Assembly (NCBI GenBank): GCA_965223845.1
Contig: CBDCXR010000004.1
Coordinates: 3,680,001-3,744,000 of the forward strand
Direction: 5' to 3'
From: Planctomycetota bacterium
Lineage (GTDB): Bacteria > Planctomycetota > UBA8108 > SXIK01
Length of the DNA stretch: 64,000 bases
Part shown: positions 28,403-37,496 of the stretch, one piece after another
Position numbering within the stretch: the stretch's first letter is position 1
How the letters are laid out: each line of letters begins with the position of its first letter
Notes under the pieces: model-generated
Databases searched by the model: none
What the model saw: the letters and a program-made list of their open reading frames with translations, nothing else
Told to the model about the DNA's origin: nothing
Made by a program: the position numbers and the translations under genes

Positions 28403-28885
28403 ATGAACCCATCCGCCAAAACGAAGGTGAGCGCGACGGAGAGCCGCCCCACCGAAACGCCCGTGACCCGTTCGATCCGCGTCAAGGCGATCGACCACGT
28501 GACGATCGTGGTGAGCGATCTCGAACGAAGTCGCAGTTTTTACTGCGATCTCCTCGGGATGCGCGAGATCGAACGGCCGGGGTTTCAGTTCCCGGGCCTC
28601 TGGTTCGAGGCCGATGGCACTCAGGTCCACCTGATCCTAGAATTCGACGGCTCGGCGACTCCCGGGTACGCGAACGAGACGGAGAAGACGATGAAGGGCG
28701 TCCTCCACCACTTCGCGTTTGAGGTCGACGACGCGGCGAAGGCCGCTGAGACGCTTCGAAATCACGGCGTCCGCATCAATGGCGGGCCGGTGCCGCGACC
28801 GGACGGCCCGACGCAAGTCTGGTTTTACGATCCGGACGGGCACGTGATCGAGGTGTTCGATCGGCGGTGCTCGGCTCGGGGGTGA
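28403..28885 (+). CDS. VOC/glyoxalase family protein
   Basis: IDHVTIVVSDLERSRSFY, HHFAFEV, DPDGHVIE. Confidence 0.9.
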   Translation: MNPSAKTKVSATESRPTETPVTRSIRVKAIDHVTIVVSDLERSRSFYCDLLGMREIERPGFQFPGLWFEADGTQVHLILEFDGSATPGYANETEKTMKGVLHHFAFEVDDAAKAAETLRNHGVRINGGPVPRPDGPTQVWFYDPDGHVIEVFDRRCSARG

Positions 28886-28940
28886 GGGTTGATGCGGTCG
28901 GTGATTCTTGAAGAAGTGTTCACCACGAAGGGCACGTGCC

Positions 28941-29864
28941 TCAGGGTCGCTGATTGAGCGACCAGTCGTAGGCCAGATACCGCACGCGGACGCGATTCGA
29001 CTCGAGGAACTTCCGGTCTTCGTCGCTCGCGTACCGCCGCACGAACGCGAGGACGCCCCGGTCGTTCCCGCCGAAGTCTTCCTCGAACCAGTCGAAGATC
29101 TTTGAGACGTACATCGTCTTCCTGCTGCGATCGAGGTAGTTCTTTCGCTTCCCCTTGAGGTCCTTCCCGCTCTGCACCCAGCGCCGCGTCTCTTCGTCGA
29201 GTTGCTTCGAGAGGATCGGGGCTTCGTACGCCTCGGGGCGAAGCCGGGGGCAACTGCTCGCGCCGCAGACGAGCGCGGCGTGGACTCGCGGGTCCTTGTA
29301 TTTCTTCCGGAGGATTTGGTGCTCGATTTCGTCGAGCGATCGGACCTTACCCGCGACCCGGTAGGTTTCTTCCGTGAAGATGTTCTTCCCGAACAGCACC
29401 GCGTGCGGCACTTCCTTCGGTAGATCGTGCGCGATGAGAGTCCGCACGCAAATTGCGTTGTAGGCGTTGATCCAAAACGCCACCCGCTCGTCGCGCGAGC
29501 TCAAGCTGCGGAGGTCCGTGCCCGCGATCTGACGCAGGTACGCGTCGAGCTGCGAGCGAGTCTCTCGTCTGAGCTTTCGGTAGTCGATCCAGCCTTCGGG
29601 GGTCACGTGCTCACGCAAGACGCGCGTCCAGAGCTCGTGCTGGGCTTTGAAGGTCTCCTTCTTCGCCGGCCCGTCTTTGTCCTTTGTTTTCGAATCCGAT
29701 TCTTCCGTGCCCCTCTTCTCGTCGGAGGCAGCTGGTGGAGAGCGCCGCGCGTCCGACGGATCGCCGGCCTGCTCAGCAGGAATCGGTCCGCGCTCCGCGA
29801 CGACGGCGAGCGCGAGGAAGAGCGCGGCGACGGGCGAGCAGAAACTGTTCAGGTGGTTCAGCAT
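28941..29864 (-). CDS. DUF547 domain secreted protein
   Basis: AFWINAYNA, LDEIEHQILR, DPRVHAALVCGASSCPRL, SKIFDWF, YDWSLN. Confidence 0.88.
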   Translation of the reverse strand: MLNHLNSFCSPVAALFLALAVVAERGPIPAEQAGDPSDARRSPPAASDEKRGTEESDSKTKDKDGPAKKETFKAQHELWTRVLREHVTPEGWIDYRKLRRETRSQLDAYLRQIAGTDLRSLSSRDERVAFWINAYNAICVRTLIAHDLPKEVPHAVLFGKNIFTEETYRVAGKVRSLDEIEHQILRKKYKDPRVHAALVCGASSCPRLRPEAYEAPILSKQLDEETRRWVQSGKDLKGKRKNYLDRSRKTMYVSKIFDWFEEDFGGNDRGVLAFVRRYASDEDRKFLESNRVRVRYLAYDWSLNQRP

Positions 29865-30000
29865 GGCGTCGGCTCAAGGCGTTGCGGGGTTCGAGATTCA
29901 GCGACCCTCGACTCTCCAACGATCGACGCAACCGCGCCAGTTCCTTGAAACGAGGCTGCGGTGAACCGGCGCTTCCGAGCGCTCGGCCCCGCCTTGGGCA

Positions 30001-30043
30001 AGCAAACGGGCCGAGGGACGCGCGACGCCTCCCTCGGCCCGTT
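30001..30043 (-). terminator. Hairpin terminator downstream of ferredoxin
   Basis: Perfect 14-bp stem AACGGGCCGAGGGA/TCCCTCGGCCCGTT; short U tract on the minus strand. Confidence 0.65.
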
Positions 30044-30113
30044 CTCTATCTAACCCGGCTCTCTATCTAGCGACGCGCCGGGCGCCGTCCGCAGCTACCC
30101 GAAGTGGAGCGGC

Positions 30114-30470
30114 TCAACCCGCCTTCGATGGCTCGTCGACGTCGAATCCGGCTTCCTTCTCTTTCGCCTGGATCTGGTCGAGCGGGAGAGCTCCGTCGAG
30201 CGCATCCTTCTTCTCGGTGACGTTCTCGCCGTCCTCGAAGAGCTCCGCGTTCTTCGCGGTCCATTCCTGATAACACTCGGGGAGCTCGGACTCCGGCCAG
30301 ATCGCGTTGATCGGACACTCGGGCACGCACAGCTCGCAGTCGATGCAGGTATCCGGATCGATCACCAGCATCGCCGGCTCCTCGATCTCGTAGAAGCAAT
30401 CGACAGGACAAACCGTACAGCAGTCCGTGTAACGGCAATCGACGCAGCGACCGGTGACTACGTGAGGCAT
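30114..30470 (-). CDS. fdxA: 7Fe ferredoxin (FdxA type)
   Basis: CVDCRYTDCCTVCPVDC and CIDCELCVPECP. Confidence 0.9.
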   Translation of the reverse strand: MPHVVTGRCVDCRYTDCCTVCPVDCFYEIEEPAMLVIDPDTCIDCELCVPECPINAIWPESELPECYQEWTAKNAELFEDGENVTEKKDALDGALPLDQIQAKEKEAGFDVDEPSKAG

Positions 30471-30550
30471 GTTGGCTCCCCTCCGCGGGGCGTGCTGGTG
30501 TGTTTAAGTCCGGGCTAAGAATCGGGTTGGCTCCCGCGCAACCCACGTTT

Positions 30551-30579
30551 CCTATACCACTTCGGCCAGAGGGCGACAA
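30551..30579 (-). promoter_or_regulatory. Putative sigma70 promoter of ferredoxin
   Basis: TTGTCG-N17-TATAGG with extended TG. Confidence 0.5.
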
Positions 30580-30673
30580 GGGGCTTCCACCTGCCGAGAG
30601 CGACCGCGTTATCGGTCGAGTTGAGCCGTACATTCGCGCTCGAAAGAATCGTCGCGATCTCGTCTCGACGGGC

Positions 30674-31669
30674 TCAGAGTTCGGGTGCGTCCACGTCGAC
30701 GAACGCCTCCTCGATCATTCCGAGCTCGGCCGGACCCAGGCGGATCTCCGCCGCGCGAGCGTTCTCGCGCGCCTGCGCTTCACTCCGCGCGCCGACTAGC
30801 GCCGCGGTGATTCCGGGCTGCGCGAGCACCCAGGCGACCGCGAGGTTCGCGAGCGAGGTGCCGAAGTCCGACGCGATCGGAGCGATGCGCTCGAGCGCGC
30901 GCGCGACGCGCGCCCGGACGTCCGCCTGAAACCAAGGGTGCTTCGCGCGGTGGTCGGTGTCCGGAAACTCACGCGCGGCCTCGATCTTTCCCGTCAGGAG
31001 CCCCCGCGCCATCGGGCTGTAGCAGATCACCCCCACCGCGTTCTCGCGGCACCAGGGGAGGACGTTTTCCTCGATCCCCCGGTCGAGAAGATTGAACTGC
31101 GGCTGCGAGCTCGCGATTCCCGTTCGCTCGTGAGCGCGATCGAGGAGGTCGACCGAGAAATTGCTGACCCCGATCGCCCGGATCTTGCCTTCGTCTCGCA
31201 GGCGAACGAGCTCGTCGAGGGCGTCGTCGATTCCGTGCCGCGGATCGGGCCAGTGGATCTGGTAGAGATCGATCGAGTCGACTCCGAGCCGGCGGAGGCT
31301 GTTCTCGCACTCCTCGCGCACGCTAGCTGGCATTAGGTTGTAGTGGATGCGCGCTTCCTTCCCGCCGGGAATCGGATACTGCATCTTGAGCTCGCCGTCT
31401 TCGCGATCCCAGCGAAGCCCGCACTTCGTCGCGATGACGAGATCGTCGCGGCGTCCGGCGATCGCCCGGCCGACGATCTCCTCGCTGCGACCGAGACCGT
31501 ACGCCGGCGCCGTGTCGATCGTCGTCACTCCGGCGTCGATGCTCGCCTGAATGGCTCGGATCGACTCGCTCTCGTCCTGGCCGCCCCACATGGTGCCGCC
31601 GATCGCCCACGCGCCGAGAACGACGCGCGATACTGCGATGTCACTCGTTCCGAGCTGAACGTTCTCCAT
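30674..31669 (-). CDS. Aldo/keto reductase
   Basis: IDTAPAYGLG, IATKCG, IDLYQIHWP, GVSNF, YSPMARGLL. Confidence 0.92.
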   Translation of the reverse strand: MENVQLGTSDIAVSRVVLGAWAIGGTMWGGQDESESIRAIQASIDAGVTTIDTAPAYGLGRSEEIVGRAIAGRRDDLVIATKCGLRWDREDGELKMQYPIPGGKEARIHYNLMPASVREECENSLRRLGVDSIDLYQIHWPDPRHGIDDALDELVRLRDEGKIRAIGVSNFSVDLLDRAHERTGIASSQPQFNLLDRGIEENVLPWCRENAVGVICYSPMARGLLTGKIEAAREFPDTDHRAKHPWFQADVRARVARALERIAPIASDFGTSLANLAVAWVLAQPGITAALVGARSEAQARENARAAEIRLGPAELGMIEEAFVDVDAPEL

Positions 31670-31820
31670 CGGTATGTCGGATTCTTTCCGGGTGGGAAAC
31701 TCGATCGACTCTTTCGCAGCGGAGAGCGTACCACGCGGTCACTGCGGCTGTCAGCGCGGGCCGATTCCGCGCGCTGAGCTGTGCGGCATTTCGACGCAGG
31801 GAGCGCCGCCGGCAGCGCTA

Positions 31821-31849
31821 TTGACCCCCTCGCACGAAAATCGCAAACT
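31821..31849 (+). promoter_or_regulatory. Putative sigma70 promoter of oxidase subunit III/IV
   Basis: TTGACC-N17-CAAACT. Confidence 0.5.
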
Positions 31850-31975
31850 ACGGCCTCTCGTGGAGCGAGGCGGAGTCCGATCGGGCCCGGCTTGACCTCC
31901 TCGCGAGCGTGCCGAGCGTTCCGCTCGTCGCTTGCGTACTCAACCGACGCGACCTCAGAAGGAGACGCGAGTCTC

Positions 31976-32665
31976 ATGAGTCAAGCCGCCGTCGTCCCCG
32001 CCGGCGTGGACCCTGCGCACCCGGGCAAGACCGAGACGCTCGGCGTCACGGATGGCAAGCTCGGGATGTGGATCTTCCTCGGCTCGGACGGCATGTCGTT
32101 CATGGGCCTCATCGCGGCGTACATCACGCTGCGGGCGGGAAATCTCGACACGTGGCCGGATCCGACGAAGCACCTCGCGATCGGCCTCACCACGATCAAC
32201 ACTTTCGTACTGATCGTGAGCAGCTACACGATGGTGCAGGCCTTCCTCGGTGCGCAGTCCGGGGACAAGAAGAAGCTCGCGCGCTATCTCCTCTTTACGA
32301 TCATCGGCGGTTGTATCTTTCTCGGAATCCAGGTCTACGAGTACACGCATCAGATTCACATCGGATTCCATATCGCGGGGTTCACTCCCGAGTACATCGC
32401 CGCCAATCAGGCGTCCGAACTGTACGCCGATCCGAGCCTGTTGAGTCCGCTCTCCTCGCATGGGATGTTCACGTCGACGTTTTACGTGCTCACCTGCTTC
32501 CACGGGTGTCACGTTCTCTCCGGAGTGATCTACCTCACGGTCGTACTCATCGGCGTACTCCGGAATCGCTGGACGGTGAACCGCATCGAGATCGTCGGCC
32601 TCTACTGGCACTTCGTCGACCTCGTCTGGATCGTGATCTTCACGATCGTGTACCTGATCATTTAG
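31976..32665 (+). CDS. Heme-copper oxidase subunit III
   Basis: KLGMWIFLGSD, NTFVLIVSSYT, FYVLTCFHGCHV, GLYWHFVDLVW; AAGGAG RBS. Confidence 0.9.
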   Translation: MSQAAVVPAGVDPAHPGKTETLGVTDGKLGMWIFLGSDGMSFMGLIAAYITLRAGNLDTWPDPTKHLAIGLTTINTFVLIVSSYTMVQAFLGAQSGDKKKLARYLLFTIIGGCIFLGIQVYEYTHQIHIGFHIAGFTPEYIAANQASELYADPSLLSPLSSHGMFTSTFYVLTCFHGCHVLSGVIYLTVVLIGVLRNRWTVNRIEIVGLYWHFVDLVWIVIFTIVYLII

Positions 32666-32690
32666 GGACCCGAGCGGAGGAAGCGCGGAA

Positions 32691-32984
32691 GTGAGCGCCG
32701 AAGGAGAAAAGCATCCGCGGTACTGGCTGGTGATGGCCGCGCTGGCGGTCATGACCATCATCGAGGTCGTCGTCGCCTTGTACCAAGGGGATCGCGGTAG
32801 CACGCGATGGGTCGCCGTCATGGTATTCCTCGTCGTGCTCGCATTCGTCAAAGCGGGCTGCGTCGGCCTCTACTTCATGCACCTGATCTCGGAGAAGACG
32901 GCGTTCATCTGCATCGTCTGCTTCCCGCTGATCCTAGCCGTCGTCCTCGTCATCGGGCTCATTCCCGACATCGCGCTGGGCTGA
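32691..32984 (+). CDS. Heme-copper oxidase subunit IV family protein
   Basis: Three TM helices; LAFVKAGCVGLYFMHL. Confidence 0.85.
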   Translation: MSAEGEKHPRYWLVMAALAVMTIIEVVVALYQGDRGSTRWVAVMVFLVVLAFVKAGCVGLYFMHLISEKTAFICIVCFPLILAVVLVIGLIPDIALG

Positions 32985-33020
32985 TCGATCGACGGCCGGA
33001 CCGACGAGCCTGACTCGCGG

Positions 33021-33155
33021 ATGGGCGCGGTCCCTCCACCCGAGCCCCCTCCCGGCCCACCGGACGACAAGACGCCCTACATTCTTTTCGCGTGGCTCCT
33101 CGTCTGTTTCATCGCGGGACTCGTGCTCCTCGGTCTGACCGCGTTCTTTCTTTGA
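33021..33155 (+). CDS. Small single-TM protein, 44 aa (not in ORF track)
   Basis: MGAVPPPEPPPGPPDDKTPYILFAWLLVCFIAGLVLLGLTAFFL*; fills the gap between subunit IV and sixA. Confidence 0.55.
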   Translation: MGAVPPPEPPPGPPDDKTPYILFAWLLVCFIAGLVLLGLTAFFL

Positions 33156-33161
33156 GGCGAG

Positions 33162-33677
33162 TCAGTCGTCGCGGAAGGGAAACGTCCCCTTCGTGAAGAA
33201 CTTCGGCGGGAAGAACCACACGAGCTCGCCGATCCCGCGGCCGGCATCGGCCCAGCTCGTGATCGGAAGGTCGATGCGCGCCATCGCTGCGGTCGGAAAC
33301 CGGCAGACGCCCCCGCCGGTCAGCTGCCCGACGAGCTCGCTCGACGTCGGCTCGTGGCCGGCGACGAGGAGACTCTCGGACGCGTCGGGTTCCGCACGGA
33401 CCTCGTTCAAGACGGCGAACGGCGTCGCTTCGTAGAGCGCGCGAGTCACGCGCACGGGCGCGTTCCATTCCCCCGCTGAAGCAGCCAGCTCGGCGGTCGT
33501 TCGCGCCCGCACGGCGGACGACGTGATCACGGAGCTCGGCACCTGATCGGCGAGCCGGAGCAGACGGCCGACGAGCTCCGCCGCGCGGACACCGCGCGGC
33601 GCGAGGGGGCGCTCGTGGTCGGATTCGGCGGTGTCCCAGTCGGACTTGCCGTGGCGGAGGATGATCAGGGTCTTCAT
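33162..33677 (-). CDS. sixA: Phosphohistidine phosphatase SixA
   Basis: LRHGKS, RPLAPRG, SSAVRARTT, LLVAGHEP. Confidence 0.88.
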   Translation of the reverse strand: MKTLIILRHGKSDWDTAESDHERPLAPRGVRAAELVGRLLRLADQVPSSVITSSAVRARTTAELAASAGEWNAPVRVTRALYEATPFAVLNEVRAEPDASESLLVAGHEPTSSELVGQLTGGGVCRFPTAAMARIDLPITSWADAGRGIGELVWFFPPKFFTKGTFPFRDD

Positions 33678-33708
33678 TCGGGGGCTCACGCGAAACGGGT
33701 GGATCGGA

Positions 33709-33958
33709 GAGAATATTTCACACGAAGAGCGCGAAGGGAAGAATCGGAACTGGAGAGACCGGAAGAATTGGAATCGGAGAGAGTCTACGAGATGAGCCGC
33801 GGAAGATTCGACGAGTTCAGATTCGCCCGGCTTGGCGCAAATCGAACATCAGCATGCGAGAAAAGTTCTCGGCGATCAGCGAATGCCCGGATTCCCTACC
33901 CTCAACATCCATTTTTCTTCCCTTCGCGCTCTTCGCGCTCTTCGTGTTCAATACTCTC
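33709..33958. repeat. REP/MITE-like element with about 35-44 bp terminal inverted repeats
   Basis: 33709-33743 is the near reverse complement of 33915-33958, whose right arm has one extra 9-bp CTTCGCGCT unit; internal imperfect direct repeat 33737-33782. Confidence 0.7.
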
Positions 33959-33979
33959 ATCTGAAATCGGATACGCGAT

Positions 33980-34489
33980 ATGCCCCTCGCTGAGACCCTT
34001 CAAAAAATCGAAGCCGACATCCAAGCCGGAGACCTCGGCAAGGCGCGCGATCGACTGAACGGCCTCCTCAGCACCTACCCCGAGAAGATCGCGCTCCGGC
34101 GTAAGCTCGCCGAGATCCACCTCGATCTCCAGGATCCCTGCGCCGCTGGACGGTGGGCGTACCTCGTCCCCGACCGCTCGGCGGATCTCGACGCGGCGGT
34201 CGCCGTCTTTGAAGCCGCCTGCGGATCGCGCGCGGCCGAAATCGCGCGCCGGCTCAAGGTGCGCGCTCCGTTCGACCGCATCGACGAGCCGTACGCGCGT
34301 GAGCGGCTCTCCGAGCTCGCCGCCGAAGCACGAAGCACGGACCGCATCGACATCGCGAGCGGGAGACACGAGCCCTCGCGCACCGACACCTTCATCGCCT
34401 ACGGCTGCATGCTCAGCCTCGCGGCGATTCTCGTCTTCGCGATGATCGGTGCCGTCAGCGCGTCTCGCTGGCTCTTCGGCGATCGCTGA
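33980..34489 (+). CDS. Hypothetical protein with C-terminal TM (DUF6584-like)
   Basis: GDLGKARDRLNGLLSTYP...AAGRWAYL and terminal hydrophobic helix. Confidence 0.65.
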   Translation: MPLAETLQKIEADIQAGDLGKARDRLNGLLSTYPEKIALRRKLAEIHLDLQDPCAAGRWAYLVPDRSADLDAAVAVFEAACGSRAAEIARRLKVRAPFDRIDEPYARERLSELAAEARSTDRIDIASGRHEPSRTDTFIAYGCMLSLAAILVFAMIGAVSASRWLFGDR

Positions 34490-34498
34490 CGGTCGCGT

Positions 34499-34699
34499 TC
34501 AACCCCGCGAACGCGCTCGCTCGCGCAGCAGGTGCACGAAGTACGCCGCGGTCGCGACACCGCCGACACCGAGGATCGCAAGGAGCGGAAGGTCCTCCGG
34601 GCTCGGACTCCGGCGCCACTCGAAGAAGCGGTAGCCGCCGTAGCCGAACGAAAAGACGATCACCGTGAAGATGAGTACGTAGTGAGCCTTGAGGAGCAC
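34499..34699 (-). CDS. Small two-TM membrane protein
   Basis: Two hydrophobic segments; TAGACT -10-like element about 40 bp upstream. Confidence 0.55.
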   Translation of the reverse strand: MLLKAHYVLIFTVIVFSFGYGGYRFFEWRRSPSPEDLPLLAILGVGGVATAAYFVHLLRERARSRG

Positions 34700-34831
34700 G
34701 CAAAACTCCGGTCGAGTGGGTGGATCAGCAACGGGCAGTCTATCGCGGAGCGCGCGAGACGCCAGACTCGCGTGGTCTTAGGTGGCAGCCGCTCCGGAGG
34801 CCCCGCGACTCGCCGCGAAATCGCTCAGCGA

Positions 34832-34877
34832 GGAAACGACGGAGCCGCGGAGAGCTCGCATTCTCCCCGCGGCTCCG
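34832..34877 (-). terminator. Hairpin terminator downstream of PDZ gene
   Basis: Perfect 11-bp stem CGGAGCCGCGG/CCGCGGCTCCG followed by TCGTTT on the minus strand. Confidence 0.55.
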
Positions 34878-34901
34878 CCCCATCAACGGGTCTTACCGCA
34901 T

Positions 34902-36203
34902 TCAGACGCTCGTCGCGGAGTTGTCGACGTCGATCTTGTCCGGCGCCTCGTCCGGTTTGGCGGGTGCTTTCTGCGGAACCTTGGGTACGGGGCGGGCCCG
35001 TTCGAAGACACGCTTCACCCGTGCCTGGACGTCCTCCGGGAGCGTCTCGAGCTCGCTCTCGTCGATTCCGTCCGCGACGCGCTCGCCGTTCTTCTCGACC
35101 GTGATTCTCGTCACTCCGTTCTCGGTCTCGAGCTCGATATCGTAGCCGTCCTCGACGACTCGAACCGATGAGCGAGACGACCGCGAGAATCCCGGGTGAG
35201 AATCGAAGTTCCGGTCGAAGTCACGCAGCGCGCGCTCGATCTGATCGCGGAACTCGTCCTCGCCGAGAATGCCGTCGAGCCGCTTCCGGAGCTCCTCCGG
35301 CAGCTCGCCGTCCTTCCAACCCTTGGGCGGAATCTTGAACGGAAAGAGCTCCCCGTCGAGATGGAGGCGACCGCGGAACCCATCGAACGGCTTCCAAAAG
35401 AGATCGAGGTCGCCCCGCCGATCGCCGGGACGGGGGAGAAACTCCCGCCACGAACGGTTGCGCGGGGAGAATTGGAGCTCGTCGGGGAGAGCGTCGAGCG
35501 TCACGTTGATCTTCTTTCTCTCGCCCTTCTGGATCAGCTCGATCGCCACTTCATCGCCGGCGCGGCGATCCCGGATGGCGGTGACGAATCCGGCGCCGCC
35601 TCGAATCTCGTTTCCACCGACGCTCACGATCACGTCGTTCGCACGGATCCCAGCCGCGGCCGCCGCCGATCCCGCGCGCACGTCGCCGACGACGATCCCG
35701 ACGCCGGGCTCGAGGTCGAGGTGATAGGCGAGGAGCGACGGGACTTCCCCGAATCCTACGCCGAGGAACGCTGGCCGCTCCGGGGGGGATGCCTTCTCGG
35801 ATTCGCCCGATCGGCGCGGATCCGTGAGGATCGGAAAGTCATCGGGCCGCTCGCCGAGGGTCACTTCGATGGTGGAGGATTCACCGCTCCGTTCGATGCT
35901 GAGCGACAGCTTCTCCCCCGGCCTCGCCGAGCGGATCATCGACACGACTTCCCTCGGATCGGTAATCGTCGCGTCGCCGATCTTGCGAATGATGTCACCG
36001 ACGCGGAGGCCGGCGCTTTCCGCAGGGGCTCCCTTCACCACCCGTCGAACAGAGACGCCCTTGGTCTCGCCGTCGTCGACTCCGGCCAGGAAGGCACCGA
36101 GGTACGCTCCCTCCGCCGCCGGGGAGGCGGAGGCAATCCACGCCGGCGACGAGACGACGATTCCGGCCGCGACGGCAAGGGTCAGCAGGTGTGCGAGTCT
36201 CAT
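34902..36203 (-). CDS. Secreted tandem-PDZ protein lacking a protease domain
   Basis: Signal peptide; YLGAFL...GAPAESAGLRVGDII and FLGVGF...GSAAAAAGIRANDVI; no GNSGG catalytic motif; GAGGAG RBS. Confidence 0.85.
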   Translation of the reverse strand: MRLAHLLTLAVAAGIVVSSPAWIASASPAAEGAYLGAFLAGVDDGETKGVSVRRVVKGAPAESAGLRVGDIIRKIGDATITDPREVVSMIRSARPGEKLSLSIERSGESSTIEVTLGERPDDFPILTDPRRSGESEKASPPERPAFLGVGFGEVPSLLAYHLDLEPGVGIVVGDVRAGSAAAAAGIRANDVIVSVGGNEIRGGAGFVTAIRDRRAGDEVAIELIQKGERKKINVTLDALPDELQFSPRNRSWREFLPRPGDRRGDLDLFWKPFDGFRGRLHLDGELFPFKIPPKGWKDGELPEELRKRLDGILGEDEFRDQIERALRDFDRNFDSHPGFSRSSRSSVRVVEDGYDIELETENGVTRITVEKNGERVADGIDESELETLPEDVQARVKRVFERARPVPKVPQKAPAKPDEAPDKIDVDNSATSV

Positions 36204-36557
36204 GGTTCAAAACTCCTCTGACGTCAAGAACGGCGGCGACGGCCCCGGCTCGACCTGCTGGACCCTCGAGCGACGGGCATCGCATCCGTATCGGTTGGCC
36301 CCGATTCGGGGCGCGGGAACTGCCGCCTCAGCCGGTGGACTGAATGGGCGAGCCAAGACAGCGGACAAAGAACGACATCGGGTCCTACGCGGCTGTCCCG
36401 TGAGGGTGATTGTCGCGCTTCAACCGGCCGTCGTTCCCCGTGCGGACCCGCGAGACCGAGCGGCGGGATCCGAAGCGGACGGCGTCCGATCGATGGACCG
36501 ACGTCTCGGCGCCAGCTCTCCGGCGAGAGCTGCATCGAAACAACCGAGACGACCGAC

Positions 36558-36585
36558 GAGACGCGGCGCGCGGGCGCGCGTTTCA
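36558..36585 (-). promoter_or_regulatory. ECF sigma promoter TGAAAC-N16-CGTCTC
   Basis: Matches the SigW/SigM-type ECF consensus and the site upstream of the neighbouring sigma gene; preceded by a T-tract. Confidence 0.7.
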
Positions 36586-36791
36586 GAAAAAAAACGGAAA
36601 CCCGGGTTCGGGTCGGAAACCGCTCGGCGGAAGGACGTTTGCCGCGTCGACCGGTCGGAGCGATCTCAGCACTCGCCGGCCGTGGCCAGCCGTCGGAGGC
36701 GAGGGCGGAATCGGAACGCGCCGCTCGTCCGCGGGGCCGGATAGGGGGCGATTCGGGACTCGGTTGAAATGGTCGTAAGCGCATTCCGCGC

Positions 36792-37496
36792 TCAGTGATA
36801 GGGCCACGATTCGAGCCGAATGAACTGCGGCTCGACGCGCTCGAGCTCGAGCCGAATCGGAGGCCCGGTCGAGTTCTCCACCTCCGATCGGCCATCGCCG
36901 GCGCCGTCACCGCCCGACGTCGGCGTGAGATCGTAGGAAACCCACGCGCGATTCAGCCACACGCCGACCGGTCCGTCGGCACCGGGAAGAACGCGAATCT
37001 CATCGACGGAGATCGCACGGCGCGCTTCGGCCTCGGGATCGAGCGGATCACCTGCGCTCGAGCCGCCGGGCAAGAGATCGGACGCGGCGACCGCCGCACC
37101 GGTATTCGTCGAACGCGGATCGTCCCGTCCCTCACCGACAGGGTCGAGCACGCTCAGCCCGATGAGCGAGCAAACGACGACCGCCGCGGCCGCTAGGAGA
37201 AACGGGTTGGCTCCCGAGCGAAATCGCCACCACTCGGACTCGCGCCGACCGGCGCGAGCCGCCGTGACGATAGCGTCACCGAGCTCCGCGGGAGGAGCCC
37301 CGCCTTGAAGAATACCTCGAAGTCGCTCGGTGCGCGCGCGCTCCTCATCAAACCACTGTCGGCAATCACCGCATTCGGTGAGATGCGCATCGGCGCGCTC
37401 GACATCGGCGGACGCAGCTTCGTCGTCGACACGGGAAGAAAGAACGAGCTGCACTTCGTTACAGTCGGTGGCGGAATGATCTCGATCGTTAGGCAT
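36792..37496 (-). CDS. Zinc-binding (zf-HC2/ZAS) transmembrane anti-sigma factor
   Basis: CNEVQLVLS...HLTECGDC, TM segment, overlaps the sigma stop. Confidence 0.85.
   Translation of the reverse strand: MPNDRDHSATDCNEVQLVLSSRVDDEAASADVERADAHLTECGDCRQWFDEERARTERLRGILQGGAPPAELGDAIVTAARAGRRESEWWRFRSGANPFLLAAAAVVVCSLIGLSVLDPVGEGRDDPRSTNTGAAVAASDLLPGGSSAGDPLDPEAEARRAISVDEIRVLPGADGPVGVWLNRAWVSYDLTPTSGGDGAGDGRSEVENSTGPPIRLELERVEPQFIRLESWPYH

Noticed and set aside
29918-29944. GGAAC-N18-CGTT upstream of DUF547
   Set aside because: Spacer is longer than the usual 16-17 bp and the site is a single instance
33700-33960. CRISPR-like repeats
   Set aside because: Repeats are inverted or tandem, not regularly interspaced, and there are no cas genes
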